From Candidatus Eiseniibacteriota bacterium (GTDB taxonomy: Bacteria; Eisenbacteria; RBG-16-71-46), in the NCBI GenBank assembly GCA_044222065.1, contig JBGAOA010000033.1, positions 1 to 48,245 of the forward strand: a stretch of DNA of 48,245 bases. Reading direction: 5' to 3'. The position numbers and the translations under genes were made by a program. Below, in pieces: positions 1 through 12,380 of the stretch. Below the pieces are notes generated by a model, which saw only the letters and a program-made list of their open reading frames with translations, was not told the origin of the DNA and ran no database searches. The first letter of the stretch is position 1. Each line of letters begins with the position of its first letter.

Positions 1-388
1 TGCCGAAGCCTCTCGACTGCTGCCTCCCGTAGGAGTCTGGGCCGTATCTCAGTCCCAGTGTGGCTGACCATCCTCTCAGACCAGCTACCCATCGTCGCCT
101 TGGTGGTCTTTTACACCGCCAACTAGCTAATGGGACGCGAAGCCATCTTCAACCGGTAGCTTGCAAGCAGAGGCCACCTTTTACCTCGGATCCATGCGAA
201 TCCGTGGTCTCATGCGGTATTAGCACCCCGTTGGGAGTGTTATCCCCCTGTTGAAGGCAGGTTCTTCACGCGTTACTCACCCGTTCGCCACTCTACTCGA
301 GGAGTTGCCCCCTCTTTCGCGTTCGACTTGCATGCCTAATCCACGCCGCCAGCGTTCGTTCTGAGCCAGGATCAAACTCTCCGTGGTA
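1..388 (-). rRNA. rrs: 16S rRNA gene, 5' portion (runs off the window's left edge)
   Basis: Reverse complement of 361-380 is AGAGTTTGATCCTGGCTCAG (27F site). The reverse complement near 18-37 gives ACTCCTACGGGAGGCAGCAG (338F site). The mature 5' end (~388) is approximate. Confidence 0.99.
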
Positions 389-518
389 GAAAAAAACGGA
401 GATACGCGGTCGCGAGCGCAGCTCGCTTCCGCGGATCATAAGCAAGGTTACAGATCCAACCCCGTGCAACGACTGCACGGTGCCGGGACCTCGCGCGGGC
501 TTGCAGAACCTCGTGCGC

Positions 519-537
519 TATTCAGTTTTCAATGAGC
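519..537 (-). promoter_or_regulatory. rRNA leader boxA-like antitermination element
   Basis: Minus strand reads GCTCATTGAAAACTGAATA, resembling rrn boxA and leader sequence, about 130 nt upstream of 16S. Confidence 0.75.
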
Positions 538-584
538 GCAAAAAACTCGCGCCTTCTCCGTACTTCCCGAAAAGGCGGACGGGG

Positions 585-613
585 AAAGTAGCCTCAGTTG
601 GAGATCACGTCAA
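585..613 (-). promoter_or_regulatory. rrn promoter P2 (sigma70-type)
   Basis: Minus strand TTGACG (613-608), 17 nt spacer, TACTTT (590-585). Confidence 0.7.
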
Positions 614-655
614 GCGGAACTACTTGAGGTGGGTACTTTTCCCTGCGGCGACCGC

Positions 656-684
656 AATATAGGCACGACTCGGAAGGCTGTCAA
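656..684 (-). promoter_or_regulatory. rrn promoter P1 (sigma70-type)
   Basis: Minus strand TTGACA (684-679), 17 nt spacer, TATATT (661-656), followed by a GC-rich discriminator. An AT-rich tract lies upstream at ~698-737. Confidence 0.85.
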
Positions 685-747
685 CCCGCCGGCCGGACTT
701 TCTTGTAACTTGTTGCAGTACAATGCATTGAAACAACACGAACGCCA

Positions 748-1977
748 TCACGGCCGAAACCTCGCCATCTTCCGACCGACTCGAAGCACCCAAGAACTGG
801 CCAAATCAACTGGGAAATCGATGGTTTGCACCCGATTCCCGTCCACTTCCACTGCCCCCTGAGCGACTAATCGCCGGGCCGCGCTGCGCGAGTCCGCGAA
901 CCCCGCGGCCGCAATCGCGTCGACGATCGAAGCGTTCTTCGGCTCTCCGAGCGCGCTCACGCCGAACTCGGGAAGATCGTCGGGAATCCCCTTGCGACTG
1001 AACTGCGTTTCGAACGCATTTCGCGCGGCCTCCGCCGCGCTCGCGCCGTGATACGCACTGACGAGACGAGTCGCGAGATCCTTCTTGATCGACATTGGAT
1101 TCATACTCGAGTCCGCGAGCTTGCGCTCGACATCGCGGAGATCCTCGCTCGTCGCGTCGGTGCACAGCCTCCAGTACTGCATCATCACGTGATCGGGAAG
1201 GCTCATCACCTTTCCGAACATGTCCGCGGGCAGATCGTGCACGCCGATGTAGTTCTTGAGGCTCTTGCTCATGCGCTGCACACCGTCCAGTCCAGGCAGG
1301 ACGGGCAGCGTGAGCGCGACTTGCGGGCGCTGGGCGTGCAGTTCCTGAAGGACGCGACCGACGAGCAAGTTGAATTTCTGCTCCGTGGCTCCCAGTTCGA
1401 CGTCTGCCCGAATCGCAACCGAGTCGTATCCCTGCATGAGCGGGTAGAACAACTCGTGTACCGCGATCGGCTGCTGCGCCGCGAAGCGCTTCGCGAAGTC
1501 GTCGCGTTCGAGCAACCGCGCCACCGTGTATCCCGATCCGAGGCGCATGACGTCCATGAAGCTCCATTTCGAGAACCACTCGCCATTGCGGTGAATCTCG
1601 ACGGGCAGACGAGGCGCCGCGGGTCGCTCCTCGAGGACCTTGAAGAACTGCTCCAGGTACGTTTGAGCATTCGTCTCGACTTCGGCCTCGGTGAGCTGCG
1701 GCCGCGTCTTCGATCGGCCGCTCGGATCGCCGACCATCCCCGTGTAGTCGCCCACGATCAACACGACCTGGTGTCCCAGCTCCTGGAACTCGCGCAGCTT
1801 GCGCAATCCGACCGTGTGTCCCAGGTGAATGTCCGGCGCGGTGGGATCAAAGCCCTGCTTCACCCGCAGAGGACGGCCCTCGAGCGCGCACTCTCGCAGT
1901 CTTGCGAGCAGCGCTCCCTCGGGGAGGATCTCCTCGGCGTTTCGGCTCAAGATCTCGAGCTGTTGCTCCGGCGTCAT
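748..1977 (-). CDS. tyrS: Tyrosine--tRNA ligase
   Basis: GFDPTAPDIHLGH (HIGH motif), YPLMQGYDS, RMSKS (KMSKS motif), C-terminal S4-like domain. Confidence 0.97.
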   Translation of the reverse strand: MTPEQQLEILSRNAEEILPEGALLARLRECALEGRPLRVKQGFDPTAPDIHLGHTVGLRKLREFQELGHQVVLIVGDYTGMVGDPSGRSKTRPQLTEAEVETNAQTYLEQFFKVLEERPAAPRLPVEIHRNGEWFSKWSFMDVMRLGSGYTVARLLERDDFAKRFAAQQPIAVHELFYPLMQGYDSVAIRADVELGATEQKFNLLVGRVLQELHAQRPQVALTLPVLPGLDGVQRMSKSLKNYIGVHDLPADMFGKVMSLPDHVMMQYWRLCTDATSEDLRDVERKLADSSMNPMSIKKDLATRLVSAYHGASAAEAARNAFETQFSRKGIPDDLPEFGVSALGEPKNASIVDAIAAAGFADSRSAARRLVAQGAVEVDGNRVQTIDFPVDLASSWVLRVGRKMARFRP

Positions 1978-2101
1978 GCGCGCTCCATGGCTTCTGTGAT
2001 GACGGTGAGCGGCGGATTGTATGCGCGAGCCCGGGGCCGACCAAGTCGAACGCGACGCGCCCTTGACCCTCGCTTCGAGCGCCCCCTACTCTGCCCCGCA
2101 C

Positions 2102-4294
2102 ATGGAGGACACGACGACGACACGCACCGATGCGAACACGGCCGTCCGCGCTGCTCTGCGCTTTCCGTGGAAGCTGTTTTTCGTGCTCGTCGTCATCGCG
2201 GTTTTCGGGTCCGCCGGCGCCGTGTTCGGCGTCGTTCAGTGGCTCGGACGCGACCTGCCGACCCCCGAGCAGCTCACGAGCATCCGCCCACCCACGAAGA
2301 CGGTCGTCTTCGACGTGAAGGGCCGCGTTCTCCACGAGTTCTTCAAGGAGAACCGCTCGCCGGTCCCGCTCAAGCAGCTCCCCCGCAACCTCGTGAACGC
2401 CACGCTTTCGACCGAGGACCGCAATTTCTATCACCACTGGGGCGTCGACCTGTGGGGCGTCAGCCGCGCCATCCTGAGCAACGCGATGCGCATGCGCACC
2501 GCCGAGGGCGGCAGCACGATCACGCAGCAGCTCGCGCGCAACCTGTTCCTGACGCACGAGCGCACGGTCGAGCGCAAGCTCAAGGAGATCGCGCTCGCGA
2601 TCGAGATCGAACGCAACTACACGAAGCAGCAGATCCTCGAGCTGTACTTCAACCAGATCTACTTCGGCGAAGGAGCGTACGGCGTCGAAGCCGCTGCGAA
2701 GACCTACTTCAGCAAGCCGGTGCAGAGCCTCACCCTCGAAGAGTGCGCGCTGCTCGCGGGCCTGCCGGCGAATCCGAGCCTCTATTCGCCCCGCCGGCGA
2801 CCGAACGCCGCGGCGGCGCGCCGTGGCAAGGTGCTGCGCAACATGCTCGCGACGAAATCCATCACGCCCGCGGAATTCCAGCGCGCGATGGGCTCGCCGC
2901 TCGGGGTCACGCCGACGCGCTACAGCAACGACCGCGCGCCCTACTTCACGGAAATGGTTCGGCTCTACCTCGACGAGCGTTACGGCTCGAACGCCGTGTA
3001 CGAAGGCGGGCTCAAGGTCTACACGACGCTCGACCAGGACCTGCAGCAGATTGCCGAGCGCGCCCTCGAGCACCAGCTGCAGCAGATGGAGACGGACCTC
3101 AAGCTCAAGAACACGCGCGCGAACTTCGTCACGCCCGCGGCCGACGGCGCCAAGACCGCGCCGCGCACGCCCTATCTGCAGGGCTCGCTTGTCGCGATCG
3201 ACCCGCGCAACGGCCATGTGCGCGCCCTCGTCGGCGGCCGCGACTTCAACCAGAGCAATTTCAACCGCGCGACGCAGGGCCAGCGCCAGGCCGGTTCGGC
3301 GTTCAAGCCCTTCGTCTACGTCGCAGCGATCGACAACGGCTTCCGCCCGACGGACATCATCGTGGACGAGCCCGTGTCCTTCCCCGCGGGCGACGGCAAG
3401 CTCTACCAGCCGATGAACTACGACCGCACGTTCCGCGGTCCCGTCACGCTTCGCTATGCGCTGCAGCAGTCCATCAACATCCCCGCCATCAAATTGCTGC
3501 GGAAGGTCGGCACGTCGCTGGTCTCGAGCTACGCGCGGCGCATGGGCATCAAGAGCCCGATCGGCCAGAACCTCTCGATGGCGCTCGGCAGCAGCGAGGT
3601 GAACCTGCTCGAGCTCACGTCCGCGTACGGCGTGTTCGCGAACCGCGGCATCCGCAACGAGCCGCTCTACATCCTCAAGGTCGAGGACAAGAACGGCGCC
3701 GTGCTGGAGAAGAACACGGTGCGCACGACCGAAGTGCTGAGCGAAGCCACCGCCGCGGTCATGACGTCGATGCTCCAGAGCGTCATGGATCACGGCACCG
3801 GATACCCGTCGCGGGCGCAGGGCTTCACGCTGCCCGCCGCGGGCAAGACCGGCACGATGGACGACTACATGGACGCGTGGTTTGTCGGCTACATCCCGAG
3901 CCTCGTGTGCGGCGTGTGGGTCGGCTACGACCAGAAGAAGACGATCGGGCCCGGCGCGACCGGCGGACGCGCCGCTCTCCCGATCTGGACCGAGTTCATG
4001 GTCGGCGCGACCCGCGGCCGGCCGGTCGAGGACTTCCCGCCGCCGCTCGGCACGACGAATCGTCTCGTGTGCGCGGAGAGCGGCATGCTCGCGACCGATC
4101 AGTGTCCGAACGTCACGACGGAGCTGTTCAGCGAAGGCTCCGAGCCGACGGAGCCGTGCGAGCTCCATCCGGGAAAGCTGCTGCAGCCCGACGCGCAGGG
4201 GCCGCCGCCCGCCGAGACGGAGCAGCCCGCGGATCTACGCTCGCTCGACCGGCGGGACCGCACGCGCACGAGCGGGTCGCCCGTCATCCGCTAG
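2102..4294 (+). CDS. Class A penicillin-binding protein (PBP1A family)
   Basis: N-terminal TM; transglycosylase motifs EDRNFYHHWG and GGSTITQQL; transpeptidase motifs SAFK, SIN and KTG. Start at 2102 chosen; 2021 is an in-frame alternative. Confidence 0.95.
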   Translation: MEDTTTTRTDANTAVRAALRFPWKLFFVLVVIAVFGSAGAVFGVVQWLGRDLPTPEQLTSIRPPTKTVVFDVKGRVLHEFFKENRSPVPLKQLPRNLVNATLSTEDRNFYHHWGVDLWGVSRAILSNAMRMRTAEGGSTITQQLARNLFLTHERTVERKLKEIALAIEIERNYTKQQILELYFNQIYFGEGAYGVEAAAKTYFSKPVQSLTLEECALLAGLPANPSLYSPRRRPNAAAARRGKVLRNMLATKSITPAEFQRAMGSPLGVTPTRYSNDRAPYFTEMVRLYLDERYGSNAVYEGGLKVYTTLDQDLQQIAERALEHQLQQMETDLKLKNTRANFVTPAADGAKTAPRTPYLQGSLVAIDPRNGHVRALVGGRDFNQSNFNRATQGQRQAGSAFKPFVYVAAIDNGFRPTDIIVDEPVSFPAGDGKLYQPMNYDRTFRGPVTLRYALQQSINIPAIKLLRKVGTSLVSSYARRMGIKSPIGQNLSMALGSSEVNLLELTSAYGVFANRGIRNEPLYILKVEDKNGAVLEKNTVRTTEVLSEATAAVMTSMLQSVMDHGTGYPSRAQGFTLPAAGKTGTMDDYMDAWFVGYIPSLVCGVWVGYDQKKTIGPGATGGRAALPIWTEFMVGATRGRPVEDFPPPLGTTNRLVCAESGMLATDQCPNVTTELFSEGSEPTEPCELHPGKLLQPDAQGPPPAETEQPADLRSLDRRDRTRTSGSPVIR

Positions 4295-4304
4295 CCGCGG
4301 CGGA

Positions 4305-5609
<1,305 letters not shown>

Positions 5610-5613
5610 CGCG

Positions 5614-6518
<905 letters not shown>

Positions 6519-6522
<4 letters not shown>

Positions 6523-6995
6523 TTCCGGTTCCTCAGGTCGCGGCGACCGAACCCGTGGGGCAGCAGGTCGCGCACGCGGCTTTCGACGACGGCGCCACCC
6601 TTGTGGCGCCAGTAGACGGCGATGTCGGGCCCGAACTCGAACAGCACCTGGCGGCACGCGCCGCACGGCGAAGCCGCGCGCGTCGGTCCGGCCGTGACGG
6701 CCACGGCGACGACTCCGCGGGCGCCCTCGCTCACGGCCTTGAAGACGGCGTTGCGCTCGGCGCACATCGACAGCCCGAACGAGGCGTTCTCGACGTTCGC
6801 GGCGACGATCACGCGTCCGTCGTCGGTGAGCAGCGCCGCGCCCACGCGAAATCGCGAGTACGGCGCGTAGGCGAGCGTGCGCGCCCGCTCCGCCCGCGCC
6901 ATGAGCCGCGCCGGCGTCCAGCCGAGCGCCCGGAGCCGCGCGGCCGCGGGCGTCGTGACGCGGCGGGACGCGCGCGCCGGCTTCGAGGCGCTCAC
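6519..6995 (-). CDS. cdd: Cytidine deaminase
   Basis: [33 protein letters not shown] zinc motifs. GTG start overlaps the deoB stop. Confidence 0.93.
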
Positions 6996-8158
6996 GCCAC
7001 CACCTGCCGCAGGAAGCTCGCGCCGTGATCGAGCGGCCCCACGCCGAACGCCTCGGCGATCGTCGCGCCGAGGTCGGCGAACGTCTCGCGCGTGCCGACG
7101 TCGGCCCCGGCGCGCACGCGCGGCCCCGCCACGAGCAGCGGCACGTACTCGCGCGCGTGGTCGGTGCTCGGCGTCGTGGGGTCGTTGCCGTGGTCGGCGG
7201 TCACGATGCACAGCTCGTCGGAACGCAGGTGTCGCACGATCTCCTCGAGGCGCGCATCGAACTGCTCGAGCGCGCGGGCGAACCCCGCGGCGTCGTTTCG
7301 ATGGCCGTAGGCCTGGTCGAAGTCCACGAGGTTGGCGAAGACTAAGCCGCGACCGGGCGCGCGCGCCAGCCCGGCGAGCAGGTCCTCGCCCTCGGAGTTG
7401 TTCTTCGTGTGGAACGCTTCGGTCACGCCGCGCCCGGCGAACAGGTCGTCCACCTTGCCCACGGTGACGACCGGGTGGCCCTTCTCGACGAGGCGGTCGA
7501 GCACCGTCGGCGCATGCGGCTCGAGCGAGAAGTCGCGACGGTTCGGCGTGCGCGTGTAGGCGCCGGGATCGCCCACGAACGGACGCGCGATGACGCGCCC
7601 GACGCCGTGCTCGCCCGTGAGCAAATCACGCGCGATCCGGCAGATCCGGTACTGCTCCTCGAGCGGCACCGTCGTCTCGTGCGCCGCGATCTGGAACACG
7701 CTGTCGGCGGACGTGTAGACGATCAGCCGTCCCGTGCGCTGGTGCTCCTCGCCGAAGCGCGCGATCACGTCCGTGCCGGAGCCCACGACGTTCGCCATCC
7801 AGCCGCGACCCGCGCGCTCCGCGAACGCGTCGAGCAGCTCGCGCGGGAAGCCGTGCGCGTACGTCGGGAACGCGCGCTCGAGCACGAGGCCCGCCATCTC
7901 CCAGTGCCCCGTCGTGCTGTCCTTGCCCTTCGAGCGCTCGGCCATGCGGCCGCGGGCGCCCTTCGGCGACTGCAGCGCGCGCACGCCCTTCAGGTCGAGC
8001 AGGCGGCCGAGCCCGAGCGACTCCATCGTCGGCAGCCGCAGCCCGCCCGCCGCCTCGACGACGTGCAGCAGCGTGTTGCTGCCCCGGTCGCCGTAGTCGG
8101 CGGCGTCCGGCAGCTCGCCGACGCCCACGCCGTCCATCACGATGAGGAAGATCCGCAC
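6992..8158 (-). CDS. deoB: Phosphopentomutase
   Basis: [57 protein letters not shown]. Confidence 0.96.
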   Translation of the reverse strand: MRIFLIVMDGVGVGELPDAADYGDRGSNTLLHVVEAAGGLRLPTMESLGLGRLLDLKGVRALQSPKGARGRMAERSKGKDSTTGHWEMAGLVLERAFPTYAHGFPRELLDAFAERAGRGWMANVVGSGTDVIARFGEEHQRTGRLIVYTSADSVFQIAAHETTVPLEEQYRICRIARDLLTGEHGVGRVIARPFVGDPGAYTRTPNRRDFSLEPHAPTVLDRLVEKGHPVVTVGKVDDLFAGRGVTEAFHTKNNSEGEDLLAGLARAPGRGLVFANLVDFDQAYGHRNDAAGFARALEQFDARLEEIVRHLRSDELCIVTADHGNDPTTPSTDHAREYVPLLVAGPRVRAGADVGTRETFADLGATIAEAFGVGPLDHGASFLRQVVA

Positions 8159-8161
8159 GCG

Positions 8162-9397
8162 TCAGCCCCGCCGCGCCGCGGCCACCGCCTGCGCGCGCAG
8201 GCGGAAGTGATCGGCGGCCTGTTCGGCCCACTCGGCGCTCTCGCCGACGAGCGACGTGAGCTTCACCGGCCGTCCGCCACGCACGAAGATGCGCGTCACG
8301 CGCTTGCCGATCGTGCACATGATTTCGTAGGGCAGCGTCTCGCTCCAGCGCGCGACCTCTTCGAGCGACAGCGTCTCCCCCGTTTCTCCCGCCGCGCCGA
8401 ACAGCACGACCTCGTCGCCGACCGCGGCGCCGGGCACGTCGGTGAGGTCCACCATCGTGAGGTCCATCGTGACGCGCCCGCGAATCGGCACGCGCCGCCC
8501 GCCGACGATCATCTCGCCGCGGTTCGACAGCAGCCACGAGTAGCCGTGCCCGTAGCCGACCGGCACGACGCCCATGCGCGTCCGGCGCGTCGTGACGTAC
8601 GTGCGCGAATAGCTGATCGGCGTGCCTTCGGGCAGGTCGCGCACCTGCACGAGCCGGCTCTTGAACGTCATCACCGGCTGGAGCGGCAAGTCCGCGCGCC
8701 GGTGCGGCGGCTCGTGGCCATAGGCGATGAGTCCGCATCGCACCCAGTCGTAATGCGCCTCGGGCAGGTTGAGCGTGCCGGCGCTGTTCGACGCGTGGAT
8801 CCGCGGCGGCTTGAGCCCGCGCGCGGCGAGCCGCGCGACGAGCGCGTCGAAGCGCGCGACCTGATCGCGGGCGAACGACAGGTCGTCGCTGTCGGCGTCG
8901 GGAAAATGCGTGTAGAGGCTCGCGAGCCTCAGCCCCGGCATCGACGCGAGCCGTTCGACGAACGCTTCCGCGTGGTCCTCGCGCACGCCGATCCGGCCCA
9001 TGCCCGTGTCCACTTCGAGGTGGCAGCGGATCGGGCGGCCGCGCCGTCCGGCCCCATCGAGCGCGAGCGCGAACGCCTCGTCGCACACGGTCGGCTCGAG
9101 TTCGTGCTCGGCGGCCTCGTCGATCTCGCTCTCGAGCAGCGGCGAGAGCACGATGATCGGAAGGCGGTTGCCGGCGCGGCGCAGCTGAATGCCCTCGTGC
9201 AGCGTCGCGACGCCGAGCACCTGCGCGCCCGCGGCGGCCGCGGCCTCGGCCATCTCGACCGCGCCGTGACCGTACGCGTCCGCCTTCACGACGAGCAGCA
9301 GCCCGCGGCCCTCCCCGACCCGGCGCTGGATCGCGCGCAAGTTCGAGGTGAAGCGGTCGAGGTCCACCTCGACCCAGGTGGAGACGGGCATCGGCAT
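8162..9397 (-). CDS. alr: Alanine racemase
   Basis: VVKADAYGHG PLP-lysine motif, DTGMGRIG, ISYSRTY, GRVTMD. Confidence 0.95.
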   Translation of the reverse strand: MPMPVSTWVEVDLDRFTSNLRAIQRRVGEGRGLLLVVKADAYGHGAVEMAEAAAAAGAQVLGVATLHEGIQLRRAGNRLPIIVLSPLLESEIDEAAEHELEPTVCDEAFALALDGAGRRGRPIRCHLEVDTGMGRIGVREDHAEAFVERLASMPGLRLASLYTHFPDADSDDLSFARDQVARFDALVARLAARGLKPPRIHASNSAGTLNLPEAHYDWVRCGLIAYGHEPPHRRADLPLQPVMTFKSRLVQVRDLPEGTPISYSRTYVTTRRTRMGVVPVGYGHGYSWLLSNRGEMIVGGRRVPIRGRVTMDLTMVDLTDVPGAAVGDEVVLFGAAGETGETLSLEEVARWSETLPYEIMCTIGKRVTRIFVRGGRPVKLTSLVGESAEWAEQAADHFRLRAQAVAAARRG

Positions 9398-9501
9398 CGT
9401 TCGAGGGCTCTCCGCGAGGTGCGCAGCTTCGGTCCGGACCGCGCAAGATAGCGCGCCCGGCCCGCGGCACGAAAGCCGGAGCGGTGCTAGTCTCCCTCGC
9501 C

Positions 9502-10113
9502 ATGACGACGCCCGTGCTGTCGGACCCGAACGTCCAGATCGTGCTCGCGATCGCCGCCGGCATCGCCGTTTCGGCGGCCTGCGGCCTGCGCGCGTTCCTG
9601 CCGCTGCTCGGCGTCGGGCTCGCGGGCAAGTTCGGCTTCCTCGCGCTCGCGCCCGCGGCGCACTGGCTCGGGAACGACGTCACGCTGATCGCGCTCGCCG
9701 TCGCGACCGTCGTCGAGATCGCGGCGGACAAGATCCCGATCGTGGACCACGCGCTCGACGTGATCTCGACCGGCCTGCGTCCGGCGGCGGCCGCGATCGC
9801 GACGTTCGCGCTGCTGCAGCCGCTGCCCGATCCGTGGGACAAGATCGCGGCGCTCGTGTTCGCGGGCGGCGCGCTCGCCGTCCACGCCGCGAAGTCCAAG
9901 ACGCGCCTCGGCAGCACGGCGCTCACGCTCGGTCTCGGTAATCCCGTCCTGTCGTTCCTCGAGGACGGACTCGCGTTCGCGATCTCGGCCGCCGCGATCC
10001 TGATTCCGCTGATCGCGCTCGCCGGCGTGCTCGTGCTGTTCTGGATCGCGAGCCGGCTCCTGCGGCGTCGCGACCGCCGCGCGCGCTCGAGCGCTCCCGC
10101 CCCAACGCGCTAG
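9502..10113 (+). CDS. DUF4126-family membrane protein
   Basis: AACGLRAFLPLL, EIAADKIP.VDHALD and NPVLSFLED motifs; several hydrophobic helices. Confidence 0.8.
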   Translation: MTTPVLSDPNVQIVLAIAAGIAVSAACGLRAFLPLLGVGLAGKFGFLALAPAAHWLGNDVTLIALAVATVVEIAADKIPIVDHALDVISTGLRPAAAAIATFALLQPLPDPWDKIAALVFAGGALAVHAAKSKTRLGSTALTLGLGNPVLSFLEDGLAFAISAAAILIPLIALAGVLVLFWIASRLLRRRDRRARSSAPAPTR

Positions 10114-10277
10114 TACCCGCCGACCGCTACCCGGCGGAAAGCCTGCCGCACGTGCAGCTTTTGCCGGCCGACTGGCAGTCACGACCGCCTCCTCGCTCCC
10201 GGGCCACGTAACCCCCTTCGCCTCGTTCGTGCACGTTCGCAAGGAGTTGACTCGCGCAGCTCGGGCATCGCGCGATG

Positions 10278-10293
10278 CGGCACGCGGGTTGCC
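10278..10293 (+). promoter_or_regulatory. Putative sigma54 (-24/-12) promoter
   Basis: CGGCACGCGGGTTGC against consensus TGGCACGNNNNTTGC, with exact GG-N10-GC spacing, ~65 nt upstream of the 10359 start. Confidence 0.65.
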
Positions 10294-10358
10294 GGTGAGC
10301 TTCGGACCCTCGGCCGCACGAGGCCGCCGCGCGGGTCCAGGAGGAGGTCGTCCCGACC

Positions 10359-11696
10359 ATGAACCCACGCAGCGTCGTTTGCCTTCTGGCGCTCGTCTCG
10401 CTGATCCCCGTCCCGGCGCACGCGCAGTTCGCGAATCCGCGCCGGCTCGCGATGGGCGGCGTTGCGATCGCGAGCGGAGGCCCCGGCAGCGAAGGCGCGA
10501 ACGTCGCGTATCGCGCCGTGCCGCGCGCTCCCGCTTCCTACGGCGGCATCGGATTGCCCATCGGCGTCGTGCAGCTCCTGTCCGACCTGCCCGAATTCGA
10601 CTCCGACGAGCCGGACTTCAACGCCTACGAACTCGCGAACCTGCTCTACAACCTGCCCTGGAACTACCAGCTCGGCGGCACGACGGCCCCTTCTTCGGAC
10701 ATCACGATCACGGTCGCGAAGGACCGGCTCGCGGTGGATCTCGGCGAGGTCGGCGACGTGTTCCCGAAGGAGAAGAGCCGCGTCGGCGCCGTGATGAGCC
10801 AGCCGCTCTTCACGATCGGCGTGAAGCGCGCCTTCGTCGGCATCGTTCCGCTCGTCCACTACGAGAACGAGCTCGACCTGAACGACGCGCTGCGCTCGGC
10901 GCTGCGTGACGGCGAGGACTTCCGGACGGGGACGCAGTACTCGATGACCGACGCCGCGACCGCACAGGCCGCGGTGGGCCTCGCGCTCGGCTGGGCGGGT
11001 CCGCTCGCCGTCGTGGGCGACGCACGCACGACGGGCGGGCACGGCCTGTACGTCGGCGCGCGCGGCAAGCTGCTCCGCGGGCTCGCCTACGGGGACGCCG
11101 ACAACCTCGTGTCGTTCACGACGAGCGACACGCTGTTCGGCAGCGATCCCGTGGACGTGCGCTATCACGGGCTGCTGCGCAGCGCGGAGGCGGCGGACGG
11201 CGGCTTCGGCGCCGGACTCGACGTCGGCGCGGTGTGGGTCGCCGGGCCGCTCGAGCTCGGGCTCGGCGTCAACGACATCGGCACGCGCCTGCACTGGAAG
11301 GTGCAGGAGGAGCTGGCCGAAACCGACACGGTCGAGAACGACGTCGTCTCGACGACGCTGCGCGAGGGCGCCGACTTCACGAGCGAAGTGCCGGTGACGG
11401 TCACCGCGAACGCGGCGCTCAGGCTCGGCACGCTGCTGCTCGCCGCCGACGTGCAGCGCACGCCGAACGCGACGCTCGCCCACGCGGGCGCCGAGCTGTG
11501 GCGCGGCCGCTGGGCGCTGCGCGCGGGCGCGATGCTCGATGCCTACCAGGACCCGCAGGTCTCGGGCGGCGTCGGCGTGCGCCTCGGCCGGATCGGCCTC
11601 GATGCGGCGGTCGCGACGCACAGCCGCAACGTGCAGCGCGAACGCACGGCCGAACTCGGACTCGGACTGACCTTCTACCCGGGAGGTGAGCGATGA
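10359..11696 (+). CDS. Secreted, probable outer-membrane beta-barrel protein of unknown function
   Basis: GGAGG RBS; signal peptide ending AHA-Q; RRLAMGG motif near the N-terminus as in FadL/TraF-like barrels; alternating beta-strand pattern ending LGLGLTFY. Confidence 0.7.
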   Translation: MNPRSVVCLLALVSLIPVPAHAQFANPRRLAMGGVAIASGGPGSEGANVAYRAVPRAPASYGGIGLPIGVVQLLSDLPEFDSDEPDFNAYELANLLYNLPWNYQLGGTTAPSSDITITVAKDRLAVDLGEVGDVFPKEKSRVGAVMSQPLFTIGVKRAFVGIVPLVHYENELDLNDALRSALRDGEDFRTGTQYSMTDAATAQAAVGLALGWAGPLAVVGDARTTGGHGLYVGARGKLLRGLAYGDADNLVSFTTSDTLFGSDPVDVRYHGLLRSAEAADGGFGAGLDVGAVWVAGPLELGLGVNDIGTRLHWKVQEELAETDTVENDVVSTTLREGADFTSEVPVTVTANAALRLGTLLLAADVQRTPNATLAHAGAELWRGRWALRAGAMLDAYQDPQVSGGVGVRLGRIGLDAAVATHSRNVQRERTAELGLGLTFYPGGER

Positions 11697-12268
11697 CCCG
11701 CACGACGATCCGCCGCGCCGCCGCGGCGTTCGCGGCGCTCGCGCTCGCCGCCGCCGCGCTCGCGGGCTGCGGCGACCGCCAGCTCGTCCTGAACGTGGAC
11801 GTGCTGAGTTACTTCAACGCCTCGCAAACGACGACGCGCGTGGGCCCGATCCCGGCCGGCGCACCCGTCGTCGAAGTGGCGCTCGTGAACGACGAGTCGA
11901 TTTCGCTGCTCGGCGGTCTCAAGGACCAGTCCGAGGTGCGCGACCTCACGCTCACGTTGCGCACGATCTACACGGATTCGACGGGCACGGGCGGCGACAC
12001 GTTGCGCGTCTACCTGAGCGACGACGCCACCGATCCGCGCTCGACGACGCCCGTGCTGACGCAGATTGCGAGCCTCACGCCCGGTTCGGTGGACACGCTC
12101 ACCTCCGTGCTCGATCACGACCCGCGCGTCGCCGAGCTGTTCCGCGGCTCCGAGATGCGCGCGACCGTCACGCACACGATCCGGCCGCCCGCGAGCGGAC
12201 CGGACCTGAACGCGCGGCTGCGCGTGATCGAGCTGTCGGCCGTCGTGTTCATGAAGCGGAAGCCGTAG
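11693..12268 (+). CDS. Hypothetical lipoprotein
   Basis: Lipobox LAGC after an Ala-rich signal peptide; beta-rich mature part; ATGA overlap with the upstream gene. Confidence 0.75.
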   Translation: MTRTTIRRAAAAFAALALAAAALAGCGDRQLVLNVDVLSYFNASQTTTRVGPIPAGAPVVEVALVNDESISLLGGLKDQSEVRDLTLTLRTIYTDSTGTGGDTLRVYLSDDATDPRSTTPVLTQIASLTPGSVDTLTSVLDHDPRVAELFRGSEMRATVTHTIRPPASGPDLNARLRVIELSAVVFMKRKP

Positions 12269-12380
12269 CGCGCGGCGTTCCCTCCTCCGCAGGGCGAAGA
12301 CGATGCCGGGGCGGCGGCCGAAGGGCCCGCCGCCCCGGCCGCCTCGCGCGCGCCGCCCGCACTCCGCTACCCTGCGCCGC

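Noticed and set aside
60..862. Small ORFs within the 16S gene and rRNA leader
   Set aside because: They overlap rRNA, boxA and the rrn promoters; not protein-coding.
9465..9480. CGGCACGAAAGCCGG as a second sigma54 promoter
   Set aside because: Has the -24 element but lacks TTGC at the required spacing.
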